IMG/VR virus record: IMGVR_UViG_3300021167_000382
Location: 32,001 to 96,000 of that record
Reading direction: 5' to 3' (one strand)
Origin: a virus
Taxonomy: Duplodnaviria; Caudoviricetes
DNA: 64,000 nucleotides
Shown here: positions 11,191 through 21,007 of the stretch, in pieces
How the letters are laid out: the number at the start of each line of letters is the position of its first letter
Position numbering within the stretch: the first letter of the stretch is position 1
The notes under the pieces: model-generated
What the model saw: the letters and a program-made list of their open reading frames with translations, nothing else
Told to the model about the DNA's origin: nothing
The model's database searches: none
Program-made: the position numbers and the translations under genes

Positions 11191-11224
11191 TACGACAAGG
11201 AGGGCTTTCGCCCTCCTTGTCGTA
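11191..11224. terminator. Hairpin between convergent genes
   Basis: tacgacaaggagggc-tttc-gccctccttgtcgta, perfect 15-bp stem. Confidence 0.7.
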
Positions 11225-11229
11225 TATGC

Positions 11230-12474
11230 TTAAGCAGTCAGAACAGCATTCATCACTTTGAAAACAGGTGCAGAGAGATCACGGCTAGTTTCAGCCAGAG
11301 TCAAGAACTGGAAAGTTTCAGAAAATGCGCTGATGATCCCAACAATGTGATTAACTGCTTCATGGAAGCGCCATTCCTTACCATCAACCACACATGGCGT
11401 ATTCTTCAGACAGGCTTCTTTCATAGCTTGAATGCGAACAACCTCATGTTCCAGATAAAGCTTCATCTGTTCAAGCTTTGCAACCGTCTCGCCGCCAGCG
11501 AAGAACGTTAGTAATTCATGGTAGCTGCAGCCGATATCGGGTTCGTCGCAAGATTCACCAAGTGGATGAAGAAGCTCAAGTACTGTCCGGTAGTATGGGG
11601 AAGTATTTGAAAGGTCATTATTCAGCGTTCGTTTAATAGTCTTTACGAAAGCACGACCGTCTTCATGCTGGAAGAAGTGACCAAGAGAACTAAACAAACC
11701 ACTAGGAACGCCGAATCCATATTCAATAATATCTTCATGACGATAGCAGTCTAGAGGAATATGACGGATGTCGTGTAGCTTCGAATCACGATGACGTTTA
11801 CCTGGTTCTCCAGTTTCAGTCACCAAGTAAGCAAGATAGTTTCCAGAAACACGCGAAGCTTGAAGATAGTTCATACACTTCGAAGCCCAGGCATTCTGAC
11901 ATTCAATTTCCTTCTCCAGGGAACCAATTAAAGCATTTGCGCGGTCGATGAAGAGATCTGCTTTATTGGTAAGGAAATCGGCATAGGTCTTAGCAAAAGC
12001 ATCATAATTCAGATTCAGTTCTTTCTTGAAGAACTTCTTCGTTTCAGCCAAATTAATGGTCGATGGATTTTCAGTGTATGAATCCAGAGGAACCTTTTCA
12101 TCCAGCCGTGCGGCAATACCTGCCGTCACGATCTTTTCAGATTCATCAGGGGAAGTATTGAGATCGATAGACTTCAAAAGCAACTGCACGTCACTGTAAG
12201 AAATGCTTTCGCTTGCCATAACCGTCTGTGCGACATCTTCCAGACGAATACGGTCACTTTCCAGATCTTTCTGGGTAGTCAGAATGATTTCGAAATCATC
12301 GAAGTTCTCGATCACTTCGTGTCCAAGCTTATCAGTGGACTCTGTGTCTGTGTTGATGATAATCGTTGCCCCACTGCCCGCGTTCATTTCATTAGGCTGC
12401 GTGATGGCGTCGGTTTGATGTAGAGAATCCAAAGTGTCTTGATTGAGACCCATGGTCAGCATGCTCATGTTCAC
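11230..12474 (-). CDS. Probable virion head protein
   Basis: 414 aa, GTG start with AAGGA SD, acidic N-terminus with ASES motif. Confidence 0.6.
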   Translation of the reverse strand: MNMSMLTMGLNQDTLDSLHQTDAITQPNEMNAGSGATIIINTDTESTDKLGHEVIENFDDFEIILTTQKDLESDRIRLEDVAQTVMASESISYSDVQLLLKSIDLNTSPDESEKIVTAGIAARLDEKVPLDSYTENPSTINLAETKKFFKKELNLNYDAFAKTYADFLTNKADLFIDRANALIGSLEKEIECQNAWASKCMNYLQASRVSGNYLAYLVTETGEPGKRHRDSKLHDIRHIPLDCYRHEDIIEYGFGVPSGLFSSLGHFFQHEDGRAFVKTIKRTLNNDLSNTSPYYRTVLELLHPLGESCDEPDIGCSYHELLTFFAGGETVAKLEQMKLYLEHEVVRIQAMKEACLKNTPCVVDGKEWRFHEAVNHIVGIISAFSETFQFLTLAETSRDLSAPVFKVMNAVLTA

Positions 12475-12522
12475 TATCCTTAGTAACGGAGTGGAGGAAT
12501 ACCCTCCACTCCTGTGTTGTGA

Positions 12523-13038
12523 TTAGCTTGGTACCTGCTCAGCCATCGGGTCCTTAACATCAGACGGACGGATCGAAAGCGACGCGCTGAGTTCCTTGTA
12601 GATAGGACCGAGACGTGTAATCAAGGATGTCACCATGCCGCCATCTTTCTGAATGGTATCCAGGGCATCCTTAGAGAAACACGAGGACAGGGTGAAGAAG
12701 TCCACCAGACAAGTTTCAGGATTGATCGCGAGGGGGATTTCAGCCATGTTCACCATATTCAGACGGAACTGGAGGAAAGCCCTAACCAAGTCTTCGGTAG
12801 ACCGCATGTCGAATGGGATCAGTTCATTGATCTTCGACATCGCTTCACGCACGCTGATAGCATGGTTCATACGGTAGTAACCACCGAGGTCATCCGTACC
12901 GCCAGCAGGAAGGGCGAGCTTCGAAGAGATAACGTAAGCCAATGATACGTTAAAGGCGCGGTTATGATTCGCACCTTGATTCTGAAGATCCATCAAACTA
13001 CGGATAGATGATTGGCTGAGTGTTGCGATTTGGTACAT
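12523..13038 (-). CDS. Conserved hypothetical/virion protein
   Basis: 171 aa, coupled to the upstream gene. Confidence 0.6.
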   Translation of the reverse strand: MYQIATLSQSSIRSLMDLQNQGANHNRAFNVSLAYVISSKLALPAGGTDDLGGYYRMNHAISVREAMSKINELIPFDMRSTEDLVRAFLQFRLNMVNMAEIPLAINPETCLVDFFTLSSCFSKDALDTIQKDGGMVTSLITRLGPIYKELSASLSIRPSDVKDPMAEQVPS

Positions 13039-13040
13039 GG

Positions 13041-14348
13041 TTAATCCTTTACGGTACGGAGTTCGGCGGAGGCGGTGAAGAGATCATTCGAAGCCAAGGA
13101 TTCTAGCAACTTCTGCGCTTCAATTGAATTGAGTGCTTCACGGTTCGATGAGAAAATCAGATTAGAAAAACGATTCATAAGACCGCGATGAACCGCTGTT
13201 TCTTTAATGATGCTGTCCAGATCGTAGATCGTTTCAAGCATATTCTTTACAAGCGATGTCGGCAGCGTCCGATCCTTCAGCTGTTCAACAACATCCTGAC
13301 GAATCCGAATATAACGATCCCTCAGTTTATCGTAAGTGTAGTCTTGAAAGTCTTCTCCAGAGATATACGTCCAGAACATAGACATAATCGCCAGACACGC
13401 ACCTGAGACAAAAGTCACCGGGTTAATCAAGACCGCTACTGTTAGCGATGCCATGGAGATAACGACCAAGAATTCCATCAGGTACGCCAATTTCATCATG
13501 GATGGATTCTTCTCAATCCCTTCTGTATGAAGTTTGTCTAATGCAATCGCCAGATGGCGACCATAGCCAAATCGACCTGAGAAACTGTCAGAAAGCTCTT
13601 CATAGGCAGTATCGTTATAACGATCGTTCTGCATCTGACTGCGAACCATGCCGACAATTACTTTGAACCAAACGAGACCAGCTACCACACGGTTGCCGTT
13701 CAACAAAGAGTCCACTTCTTCTTTCTTAACCGAAGACGTTACTTTGCTAAGTTCTTTGTAAATGTATTCCAGATCTTCCGTGCCTTTACGATTCATGACA
13801 CGTTGCTGGATAGAGGCAAGCACTTGATTGGTTCGATCCGTGCGATCTGAGTAATAGCAGGCATTGAAACCATGTCCCAGTTCATGCAAGATAATCGCAG
13901 TAACTTCCCCCGTATTCATCCCATGATGAGACATGAGTGCGGAGAAGTTAATATAGACAGGATGGTCATATTCAGAGAAGATACCTGAGACTACGGCCTT
14001 ATGGAGATTCACAGTTCCTACCTGACCATTTTGGGATCGCAGCAGTTTACTCTGATCATGGATATTCACATTTCCTCGGAAGAACTCACTCAGGAAAATG
14101 TGATTACGGTTGGAATAGTAGGGAAGAATGCAGGCCAAGTGACCATTGGTCCGAATAGTAATCTTCAGGCCAAGGCGATTAAAGACCGCTTTTTCGATTT
14201 TCTTTACAAACGGATGACCGTCCAAATTCTTGTCATGGAGATTCTTACTTTCGATCTCTTCCATCAACAGACCAACCAGAGATTCAAGTCTCTGAGCGAA
14301 GTCGTCCGTCTGACGATCGATATGCTCCATAGCGGCAATAATACCCAT
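13041..14348 (-). CDS. Virion head protein with zincin HExxH motif and hydrophobic segments (phiKZ gp84-like)
   Basis: MGIIAAME start, ILHELGH motif, 'EELSDSF' downstream, two hydrophobic helices. Confidence 0.65.
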   Translation of the reverse strand: MGIIAAMEHIDRQTDDFAQRLESLVGLLMEEIESKNLHDKNLDGHPFVKKIEKAVFNRLGLKITIRTNGHLACILPYYSNRNHIFLSEFFRGNVNIHDQSKLLRSQNGQVGTVNLHKAVVSGIFSEYDHPVYINFSALMSHHGMNTGEVTAIILHELGHGFNACYYSDRTDRTNQVLASIQQRVMNRKGTEDLEYIYKELSKVTSSVKKEEVDSLLNGNRVVAGLVWFKVIVGMVRSQMQNDRYNDTAYEELSDSFSGRFGYGRHLAIALDKLHTEGIEKNPSMMKLAYLMEFLVVISMASLTVAVLINPVTFVSGACLAIMSMFWTYISGEDFQDYTYDKLRDRYIRIRQDVVEQLKDRTLPTSLVKNMLETIYDLDSIIKETAVHRGLMNRFSNLIFSSNREALNSIEAQKLLESLASNDLFTASAELRTVKD

Positions 14349-14458
14349 AGCGCTACCTTCCTAAGTGTTCAGATTAAAAAGCCAATGGTGCTTGATCCAT
14401 TGACAAAACATTTCTGTTAAGTACCAGAAGATTCCAGTAATTCAGGGGAATATAGATA

Positions 14459-16222
14459 ATGACTGAAAGTGAAAAGAAAGTAGTTAGTAAAGAGTGTCGG
14501 TTCGCTGTCCACATTCCTTCCAAGTCGCATGATGTTCCTGATTACCATTTAGTTAAGGAAATCATTCACTATGATGACGGTTCAGCAGCGCCAAACATCA
14601 CTTACTTGAAAGATTTCAAGCGTTCTTTTGGTGTTACGAAAGAAGCCTATCGGAATCATGAACAGAAGAAAGAATCCGAATCGCTCGATAAACTTGTGAT
14701 CCACCATTGCACACAGTCTGAAATGACTAAGAAGGTGGCTAGGGCACTTGGTAATCCATTTGACCCAAGACCGCTGAATCGCTTGTCAGCTTCACCTTTC
14801 CTCTATGGATCAGATATTTCCTCCACCTCGGTCATTAAGTACGAGTACATGAAGAAGTATCCAGACACCTCCACGCCTTACAGTGTAGCACACCTAGACA
14901 TCGAAACAGATGTAGTCAATGGGACAGATGATCCAACGATGATCTCTATCGTCTATGGTAAGAAGATTCTGTTTGCGGTCGACCAGGGTTTTCTGAAGGG
15001 CTACACGGACATCGAGAACCGCTATCGTGCTACGGTTAAGAAGTATATCCAAGAATATGTCGATAAGCATAACTACGAGATTGAATTCTATCTCGCAACT
15101 GATTGCATCGACATGCTTAAGAAGGCTTTCGAACGACTGCATCAATGGTTACCTGACTTTGTAGCTGTCTGGAACATCGGCTTCGACGTACCGCGTATGT
15201 TAGCAACCTTCGAAAAATATGGCGTTAATGCTGCGGATATTGTCTGTCACCCGAAACTCCCAGCGAACCTTCGCTTTGTCAAGTATCGTGAAGGGTCAAC
15301 GAAGAAGATCACGGCCTCTGGTCAAGTTAAGCCGAAGAAGCCGTCTGAACAATGGCACAGCCTGATCGCACCTGCGGGTTTCTGGTTTATTGACCAGATG
15401 AGCTCCTATCGATTCATTCGTCAAGGTGGTCAAGAGAAAGAAGAATACTCACTCGACTTTATCCTTCAAGAAGAACTTGGCATTCGTAAGTTGAAATTCG
15501 AAGAAGCAGATGGCTATCATCGACTTGAATGGCATAAATTCATGCAGAAGAACTATCCGTTCGAATACATGGTCTACAATACCTTTGATTCGATCTCCTG
15601 TCATGAACTAGAACTGAAGACGAAAGACTTGTCTCAGTCGGTCCCTATTCGGACCAATATCTCTGACTTTACACGTTTTGATTCTCAAACCAAGCGGTTT
15701 GCAGATAAGTACCATTACTTCCTTCTGGAAAAGAAAGGCGAGATGATCGCCACGATTCCCCCTAAGGAGAAAGAAAAGGCGAATGAAGAAGACGCTGACT
15801 TCATTGGTGAATTTGAAGACGATGATGAAGACGAGGTTGTTCAAGAAGGAACACTTGAAGACATCATGGAGAATAAAGATTCTGTGCTTAATTTACGCAA
15901 CTGGATCGTAACTTTGAAGTCACATATGTCAGTGCTCGGCCTTAAGATCGTTGACGAGGTTGATTCCTTAGAAACCCTGATTCGTGCGTTCACCTATGAC
16001 TCAGATGCAGTGTCTGCCTATCCAACCTGCACTGCGGTAGCTAACGTCTCTCGAGCAACGACTTTGTTTGAGATCATTGACATCGCAGGTGTCGATGAAG
16101 ACATCTATCGCCAACAGAACATCAATCTACTTCAAGGCCATGTGAATGCACTTGAATACTGTAACAAGATGTTCAAGCTACCTCGACTTGAAGACTCTCT
16201 TTCATTGTTCGATGATATGTAA
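14459..16222 (+). CDS. Split family-B DNA polymerase, exonuclease plus motif-A subunit (phiKZ gp82-like)
   Basis: ExoI 'LDIETD', ExoII 'WNIGFD', ExoIII 'YNTFD', PolB motif A 'DSDAVSAYP'. Confidence 0.85.
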   Translation: MTESEKKVVSKECRFAVHIPSKSHDVPDYHLVKEIIHYDDGSAAPNITYLKDFKRSFGVTKEAYRNHEQKKESESLDKLVIHHCTQSEMTKKVARALGNPFDPRPLNRLSASPFLYGSDISSTSVIKYEYMKKYPDTSTPYSVAHLDIETDVVNGTDDPTMISIVYGKKILFAVDQGFLKGYTDIENRYRATVKKYIQEYVDKHNYEIEFYLATDCIDMLKKAFERLHQWLPDFVAVWNIGFDVPRMLATFEKYGVNAADIVCHPKLPANLRFVKYREGSTKKITASGQVKPKKPSEQWHSLIAPAGFWFIDQMSSYRFIRQGGQEKEEYSLDFILQEELGIRKLKFEEADGYHRLEWHKFMQKNYPFEYMVYNTFDSISCHELELKTKDLSQSVPIRTNISDFTRFDSQTKRFADKYHYFLLEKKGEMIATIPPKEKEKANEEDADFIGEFEDDDEDEVVQEGTLEDIMENKDSVLNLRNWIVTLKSHMSVLGLKIVDEVDSLETLIRAFTYDSDAVSAYPTCTAVANVSRATTLFEIIDIAGVDEDIYRQQNINLLQGHVNALEYCNKMFKLPRLEDSLSLFDDM

Positions 16223-16305
16223 TTCATAAATAGGTTGGACTTCTTTTGGTTGAGTCTGTGCTGAGATTTATCTTGGCAGGGTAGGTCATTTCTGAAGAGA
16301 GTTAA

Positions 16306-16334
16306 GAGGAGGGCGAAAGCCCTCCTCTCTTTTT
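16306..16334 (+). terminator. Intrinsic terminator
   Basis: agaggagggc-gaaa-gccctcctct followed by ctttt. Confidence 0.75.
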
Positions 16335-16363
16335 CATTAACTTTAACACTGTGATTTCATAAT

Positions 16364-16401
16364 ACCACCTAGAGCTAGCCGTAAAGCTAGCTCTAGGTGG
16401 T
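16364..16401 (-). terminator. Long hairpin after the minus-strand operon
   Basis: accacctagagctagc-cgtaaa-gctagctctaggtggt, 16-bp stem. Confidence 0.65.
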
Positions 16402-16413
16402 GAGTAGTCGCGA

Positions 16414-17316
16414 TTAAGCGTAGAAGCGTTGGAGGTTATCCATACAGCGAGCATTCAAGAAGGTCGGTGCAATGGCATCCAAACGAACCCGCTTCACATC
16501 CTGCTTACGTGTTTCGCTATTGCGAGTCACACGAAGCAGAGTCAGAAGATTGTTGTATGCATTGGCACGTTCTTCATCCTTCCAAGAGTCGAGATGACGC
16601 GAGGTGGAGTATTCCGACAACGGGGTGTAATCCTTAGCCGTCGGACGATCGCCGTGGTGCTCAGCGAAATAAACCAACATCGTTGCCCAGCCCTTACGGA
16701 AGTCCTCGTAGTCCTTGCGAAGAAGAACAGTGATGAAATCCAACAGATCGCGCTGTGCTTCCATTGCCTGAGTAGCAGAAATGGGTGCACGTGGGCGCAT
16801 ACGGGTACAGAACTGATCCAAGGCATCCAACGCTTGCTTCTGAATCAACGTTCCGTTTTCACGGATGTTGTTCAGATACTGCTGGTTCTCAGACGAACCT
16901 TCCGACTGATCGACTGCAGGCTGGATTTCAACCACAGGCGCAGCGACCGGAATGGGTTCAGATACGACTTCCGCGACCGGAGCCGCAGTAGAGGCATCCT
17001 GGACACCAGGGCTGAGGGGGTCGGCGGTGGCGACACTGGGTTCAGCGGCTTCAAAGGTGGGTCCTTCAGAGGTACTGTCGGCATCGGGTTCGATGGGTTC
17101 GGCGCCTTCGTTGGAATCACTTTCACCTTCTTTGTCTTCTTGCACTTCTTCGAGAAGTTCGGCAGCGGGAGCAACCTGCTCTTCACTACTGACGTCACTG
17201 ACACCGGCTTCGTTTTGGATTTCTTCAGCGGCATCGTTTTCACCTTGCAACTGCTCATTCGTGGATTGTTGATCAGACATGTTCACTCCTTGATTATTAC
17301 GACGTTTCTTACCCAA
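16414..17316 (-). CDS. Hypothetical protein with acidic disordered N-half
   Basis: 300 aa; two in-frame starts (TTG 17316, ATG 17280), each with an AGGAG SD. Confidence 0.7.
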   Translation of the reverse strand: MGKKRRNNQGVNMSDQQSTNEQLQGENDAAEEIQNEAGVSDVSSEEQVAPAAELLEEVQEDKEGESDSNEGAEPIEPDADSTSEGPTFEAAEPSVATADPLSPGVQDASTAAPVAEVVSEPIPVAAPVVEIQPAVDQSEGSSENQQYLNNIRENGTLIQKQALDALDQFCTRMRPRAPISATQAMEAQRDLLDFITVLLRKDYEDFRKGWATMLVYFAEHHGDRPTAKDYTPLSEYSTSRHLDSWKDEERANAYNNLLTLLRVTRNSETRKQDVKRVRLDAIAPTFLNARCMDNLQRFYA

Positions 17317-17339
17317 GATATTCTCCTCTTTGCTGGATG

Positions 17340-18062
17340 TTACTTACCAAAGATCTGAGTCACGTATTCACGCAAACGCTGTTCAGCGGTCGGGTTCCCG
17401 AGATTGTAGATAGGGACACCTGATGCAGAAGCGATCGCGATGGTGTGACCAACTAATCCAGTCTTGGCAGTCTTGTTACGGACATGCTCAATACCATCTT
17501 CCGTCCAGATCAAAAGGAAACGAGCAGGACTAACCATCTTATCCCCGAGGATCAGGCGTGCGTTCTTTGCAAGGATATGCTGAACGCCCTTCTTCATGGT
17601 GTCGTAGGTCGGATGGTACATCTTCGCAATGCAATGTGCTCGTTCGCTATTCCAAGTCAGCTTGGATTCCTTTTCTTCGAAATCCCGCCAAGGAAGAATA
17701 CGTTCGCGCTTCTGAGTAGCGGCTTCATCGGCAGCCAGTTCCACCGGACCATCGCAGCCCGTACGAACCGTGAACCCGTGGTCGTTCAAGAACGCGACCA
17801 GTTCCTTAACCTTGGTCAGGATTTCCGGTGGAGCGTCCTTATTACCTGTCACAGCACAAGGGAGGTAGATCGTCGGATCAAGCACTTCTTCTTTGCGCTG
17901 GAACGGCTTTCCGCCACCACCGCCACCTTGCCAAGGTTTCTTCTGCCAGGGTTTCTTGAAGCCATCGTTACCACTGTTATGGCTCTGGCTCTGACCACCG
18001 TAACTTGAGCCACTGCTATTACCGAAGCCTCCGGGAATATCCGGAAAAGTTGTTCCATTCAT
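17340..18062 (-). CDS. SLOG/DprA-like fold protein with G/S/Q-rich N-terminal tail
   Basis: Pattern 'AVTGNKDAP...GFTVRTG...ILPW...KNARLILG...FLLIWTEDG...AIA..GVPIYNLG' follows the phage SLOG family. Confidence 0.6.
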   Translation of the reverse strand: MNGTTFPDIPGGFGNSSGSSYGGQSQSHNSGNDGFKKPWQKKPWQGGGGGGKPFQRKEEVLDPTIYLPCAVTGNKDAPPEILTKVKELVAFLNDHGFTVRTGCDGPVELAADEAATQKRERILPWRDFEEKESKLTWNSERAHCIAKMYHPTYDTMKKGVQHILAKNARLILGDKMVSPARFLLIWTEDGIEHVRNKTAKTGLVGHTIAIASASGVPIYNLGNPTAEQRLREYVTQIFGK

Positions 18063-18074
18063 CGCCTGATTCCT

Positions 18075-19421
18075 TTATGAGATTACGCTGGAAAGCACCA
18101 TCACTTTCGAGCTTGCGGTCGTATCGTGCATCTTCTTTAAGCTATCTGACATAATACCAGAGCTTACTTCCATTGCTGGAATAACAAGACCGCTTCCATA
18201 TCTTGCTAAGTCTTCACCGGCACAGATTTTACACGTATGTGTGCCAGCTTCCCTACAGTATTGCGGACTGCGAATAATAACTTCTTTATCCACATATCGT
18301 TCAGCGTTCGTTGCGTTTTCAATGAAAACCGGCTTACCGTCAGCTGACAAAACATAACGGCCAATGAGCTTCTTGATGTCAGATGAAGCATAGGTACGCT
18401 TAACACCAAGTGTTGCGCCGCAATCACGATCGGTGATCTTCCATGTATCAAGCGCGGTCATAAGGGCCTTAGCAACCACGCCCCCGTTAACTGTTTCGGC
18501 ACCCCGTGCGAATGAACCATAGCGAATCGTATTCGCCACTGCCGCGAACTTGTCTGGTGTTAAATCAATACCATCAACAAGCGGTTGAGTGATAGGGACC
18601 ATTTCTACGCTGTTAATGAAACCGTTGGTATCGCCGCCTTGGGTTAGATAGGCCTTACTACGTGCTTTGACTACTTTACCTGCCATGAACTTACCATACG
18701 CTGGATCATTTGCTTTCAGATAAGCTTTATCAAACTCACCCAGTTCAGTTTGGAATTTCACCATCTCCGTTGGGTCATGAAGTTTTCCATCATACTTCTT
18801 AAGAAGCTCCTTACGAAGTTCTGCCGCACCGGGAGGCGGAAGAATACCTTGACGGGTAATAGACATGGTAAAGAGTTTACTCATCCCTTCCAGGAAAGTC
18901 ACTGCTTTCTGAAAAAGAATCAACTCATCTACGTAGAAGACTCCGTCTTCCTTTTTCTCAACTGGCTTCAGCTCGTCACGTAACTTAGCAGCAAAGCGTT
19001 TTTCAATGTCACCCGGCGTAAAACCAGTATCGTTGATATACGTCATTCGACCTTGGAAGGGTTCGAATACTGTTAACAAGTTCAATAAGAGTCTACCGAC
19101 AGTAGTCTCGATAACTGGTGAACCTATCCACGGTAAACGATCTTGTGTAATCGTAACCTTATCCCGTTTGCTAAGGATAGGGTCATTAGGTTTTAAACCT
19201 TCGATCTGCAATGGTTGTTTTTCAAGAGATTCGTCTAGAAAAAAGACACCAAAGGGCTCACGAATCACCTTACCTACATATAGCTGAGCCTTTTGTTCTT
19301 CAGATTCCAAGCTATAGGTAAACATGGATACGATCCAGCGCTTCTCATAGTAACAGCGATGCTGTATCGCGAAATAGAGGTATTCAAGTAGATTCATGGG
19401 TCGCTTTCTTATACTGTTCAA
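18075..19421 (-). CDS. Virion RNA polymerase beta-prime middle fragment (phiKZ gp80-like)
   Basis: 'ETTVGRLLLN', 'GSFARGAETVNGG', 'DCGATLG', 'IRSPQYC...CKICAG' beta-prime Zn-site motifs, 'LKKMH'. Confidence 0.85.
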   Translation of the reverse strand: MNSIRKRPMNLLEYLYFAIQHRCYYEKRWIVSMFTYSLESEEQKAQLYVGKVIREPFGVFFLDESLEKQPLQIEGLKPNDPILSKRDKVTITQDRLPWIGSPVIETTVGRLLLNLLTVFEPFQGRMTYINDTGFTPGDIEKRFAAKLRDELKPVEKKEDGVFYVDELILFQKAVTFLEGMSKLFTMSITRQGILPPPGAAELRKELLKKYDGKLHDPTEMVKFQTELGEFDKAYLKANDPAYGKFMAGKVVKARSKAYLTQGGDTNGFINSVEMVPITQPLVDGIDLTPDKFAAVANTIRYGSFARGAETVNGGVVAKALMTALDTWKITDRDCGATLGVKRTYASSDIKKLIGRYVLSADGKPVFIENATNAERYVDKEVIIRSPQYCREAGTHTCKICAGEDLARYGSGLVIPAMEVSSGIMSDSLKKMHDTTASSKVMVLSSVIS

Positions 19422-20286
19422 AACCTTCTAGCATAGAGCGCATCAGTCCTTCGATCGCTAGAACGTCTTTCATATCAGAAATTAATGACTCGCTGTATTT
19501 CCTAAAAGTTTCAATGGGAGATTCCCAGGTATCGGACGCCATCAAGTAAAAAGATAGCAAGGTCTTTGCGGTCGTCTCGACACGACCTGTGTTGAGATGG
19601 TCAGCGATATAAGGCAGATAGTTTTCCAGTATCATACCAAACTTAAAGTTGTTTTCAAGCATCTGGTATGCGATATGATCAGTTCCTGCATAAACGCAGA
19701 ATTTCTTGAAGTTATCCAATTGCTTAGGATTGATTTCTTCTTCGATGTCCTTAGATACGATAGCTTCTTGCTTGGTCAGTTCAGCATAGAGTCGATCTAG
19801 CGTCAAAGGTGCTACTTCGAGAATAGCGTCCAGTGTAATGATCTCTGCTTGATTAATCACTGCCTGGACAATACGTGCCACTTTCTCTTCACCGCTTAGA
19901 TCAGTCTCAAGAATCCGAAGATAGGGAACAGGGTCCTCAATAGACGGAATGAATGTTAGTGCGGTGGCAATGTTATTCTTCACTGATAACATGACGTCAT
20001 CGTTCAGCGTAATCCCCCACAGCGTGAAGACCTGGTCCACGGCGGCTGTGATGAGACTGGAAACGCGATCAGACAGGCCCTCGTTATCTTCAGCGTCAAT
20101 ACCGTTGATCGCGGCAATCAACTTCTCTTGAATATCCGGGTATTCCAGTCCATAGAGAACGGCCAAAGCAACGATCAAATCATTTTGATATTCACGAGTA
20201 TAGGTATTGCGAATATAGCCAAGGATCTCTTGATCCGGGCTATGTTGTGTCATATTTTCCAAGGTGTACTCCCAGAATGGATTCAT
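19384..20286 (-). CDS. Conserved hypothetical protein (gp79-like by synteny)
   Basis: Long ORF directly upstream of the RNAP fragment; true start may be 20253. Confidence 0.65.
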   Translation of the reverse strand: MNPFWEYTLENMTQHSPDQEILGYIRNTYTREYQNDLIVALAVLYGLEYPDIQEKLIAAINGIDAEDNEGLSDRVSSLITAAVDQVFTLWGITLNDDVMLSVKNNIATALTFIPSIEDPVPYLRILETDLSGEEKVARIVQAVINQAEIITLDAILEVAPLTLDRLYAELTKQEAIVSKDIEEEINPKQLDNFKKFCVYAGTDHIAYQMLENNFKFGMILENYLPYIADHLNTGRVETTAKTLLSFYLMASDTWESPIETFRKYSESLISDMKDVLAIEGLMRSMLEGFEQYKKATHEST

Positions 20287-20388
20287 ACAATGCCGACTCT
20301 TGATGAAATAGTAGAAACAATTTATTCAAGGCAAGGCATCTTGTAGCAGCATACGCTGAATTTTTAATACATCATCAAAGGAAAGATC

Positions 20389-21006
20389 ATGGGTCAGAAA
20401 GCCAAAAATAAGAGCATCGATAAAGCCGGATCGCTGGCTGGACGCGAAGCAAACGTTCGTGTCGTGATGCCGAATCTCGCAGCGAAAGCTGTGCAGTCTG
20501 CGCTGGGTGTTCAACCGATGCCTGCATTGGTCTACAATCCTGAAAAAGAAGCCTCTGAAAGCCAGATGAACTGGCATCAGATCGAAGATCTTTCTCACTC
20601 CATCGCTTCAATGATTTCGGAAACGGCACAGCAATTCCAGACGACCATCCAGATGGTTCAGAACATCGGTCACGTGGAAGATATGGCTCGCTTCACCGCC
20701 AATGTCAAGGTCACGATGGAAGATCTTGAAAAATTCACTGAAGAATACATCAAGGTCAAAGCTAAGCATGAAGGTAAGACCGGCTTTATTACTGAAGCCG
20801 CTGACCGCATGGCGTACCTTAGTGTGTTTGAAGATTACAACGCCCTCTCTGCGTATTTCCAAGGCACGATGCATCATAAGCTCATCGAGTTTACGGAATA
20901 CGCGCTGAATGCCAAGGATAAACTCCTTGAAGCTGAAAGCAAGGCTGCCGAAACACCGACTGAAGAAGTTCAGCCTATTGACCAACAACCCACTACCGAG
21001 GTCTAA
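20389..21006 (+). CDS. Hypothetical helical protein
   Basis: 205 aa, AAAGGAA SD, biased codons. Confidence 0.7.
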   Translation: MGQKAKNKSIDKAGSLAGREANVRVVMPNLAAKAVQSALGVQPMPALVYNPEKEASESQMNWHQIEDLSHSIASMISETAQQFQTTIQMVQNIGHVEDMARFTANVKVTMEDLEKFTEEYIKVKAKHEGKTGFITEAADRMAYLSVFEDYNALSAYFQGTMHHKLIEFTEYALNAKDKLLEAESKAAETPTEEVQPIDQQPTTEV

Positions 21007-21007
21007 G

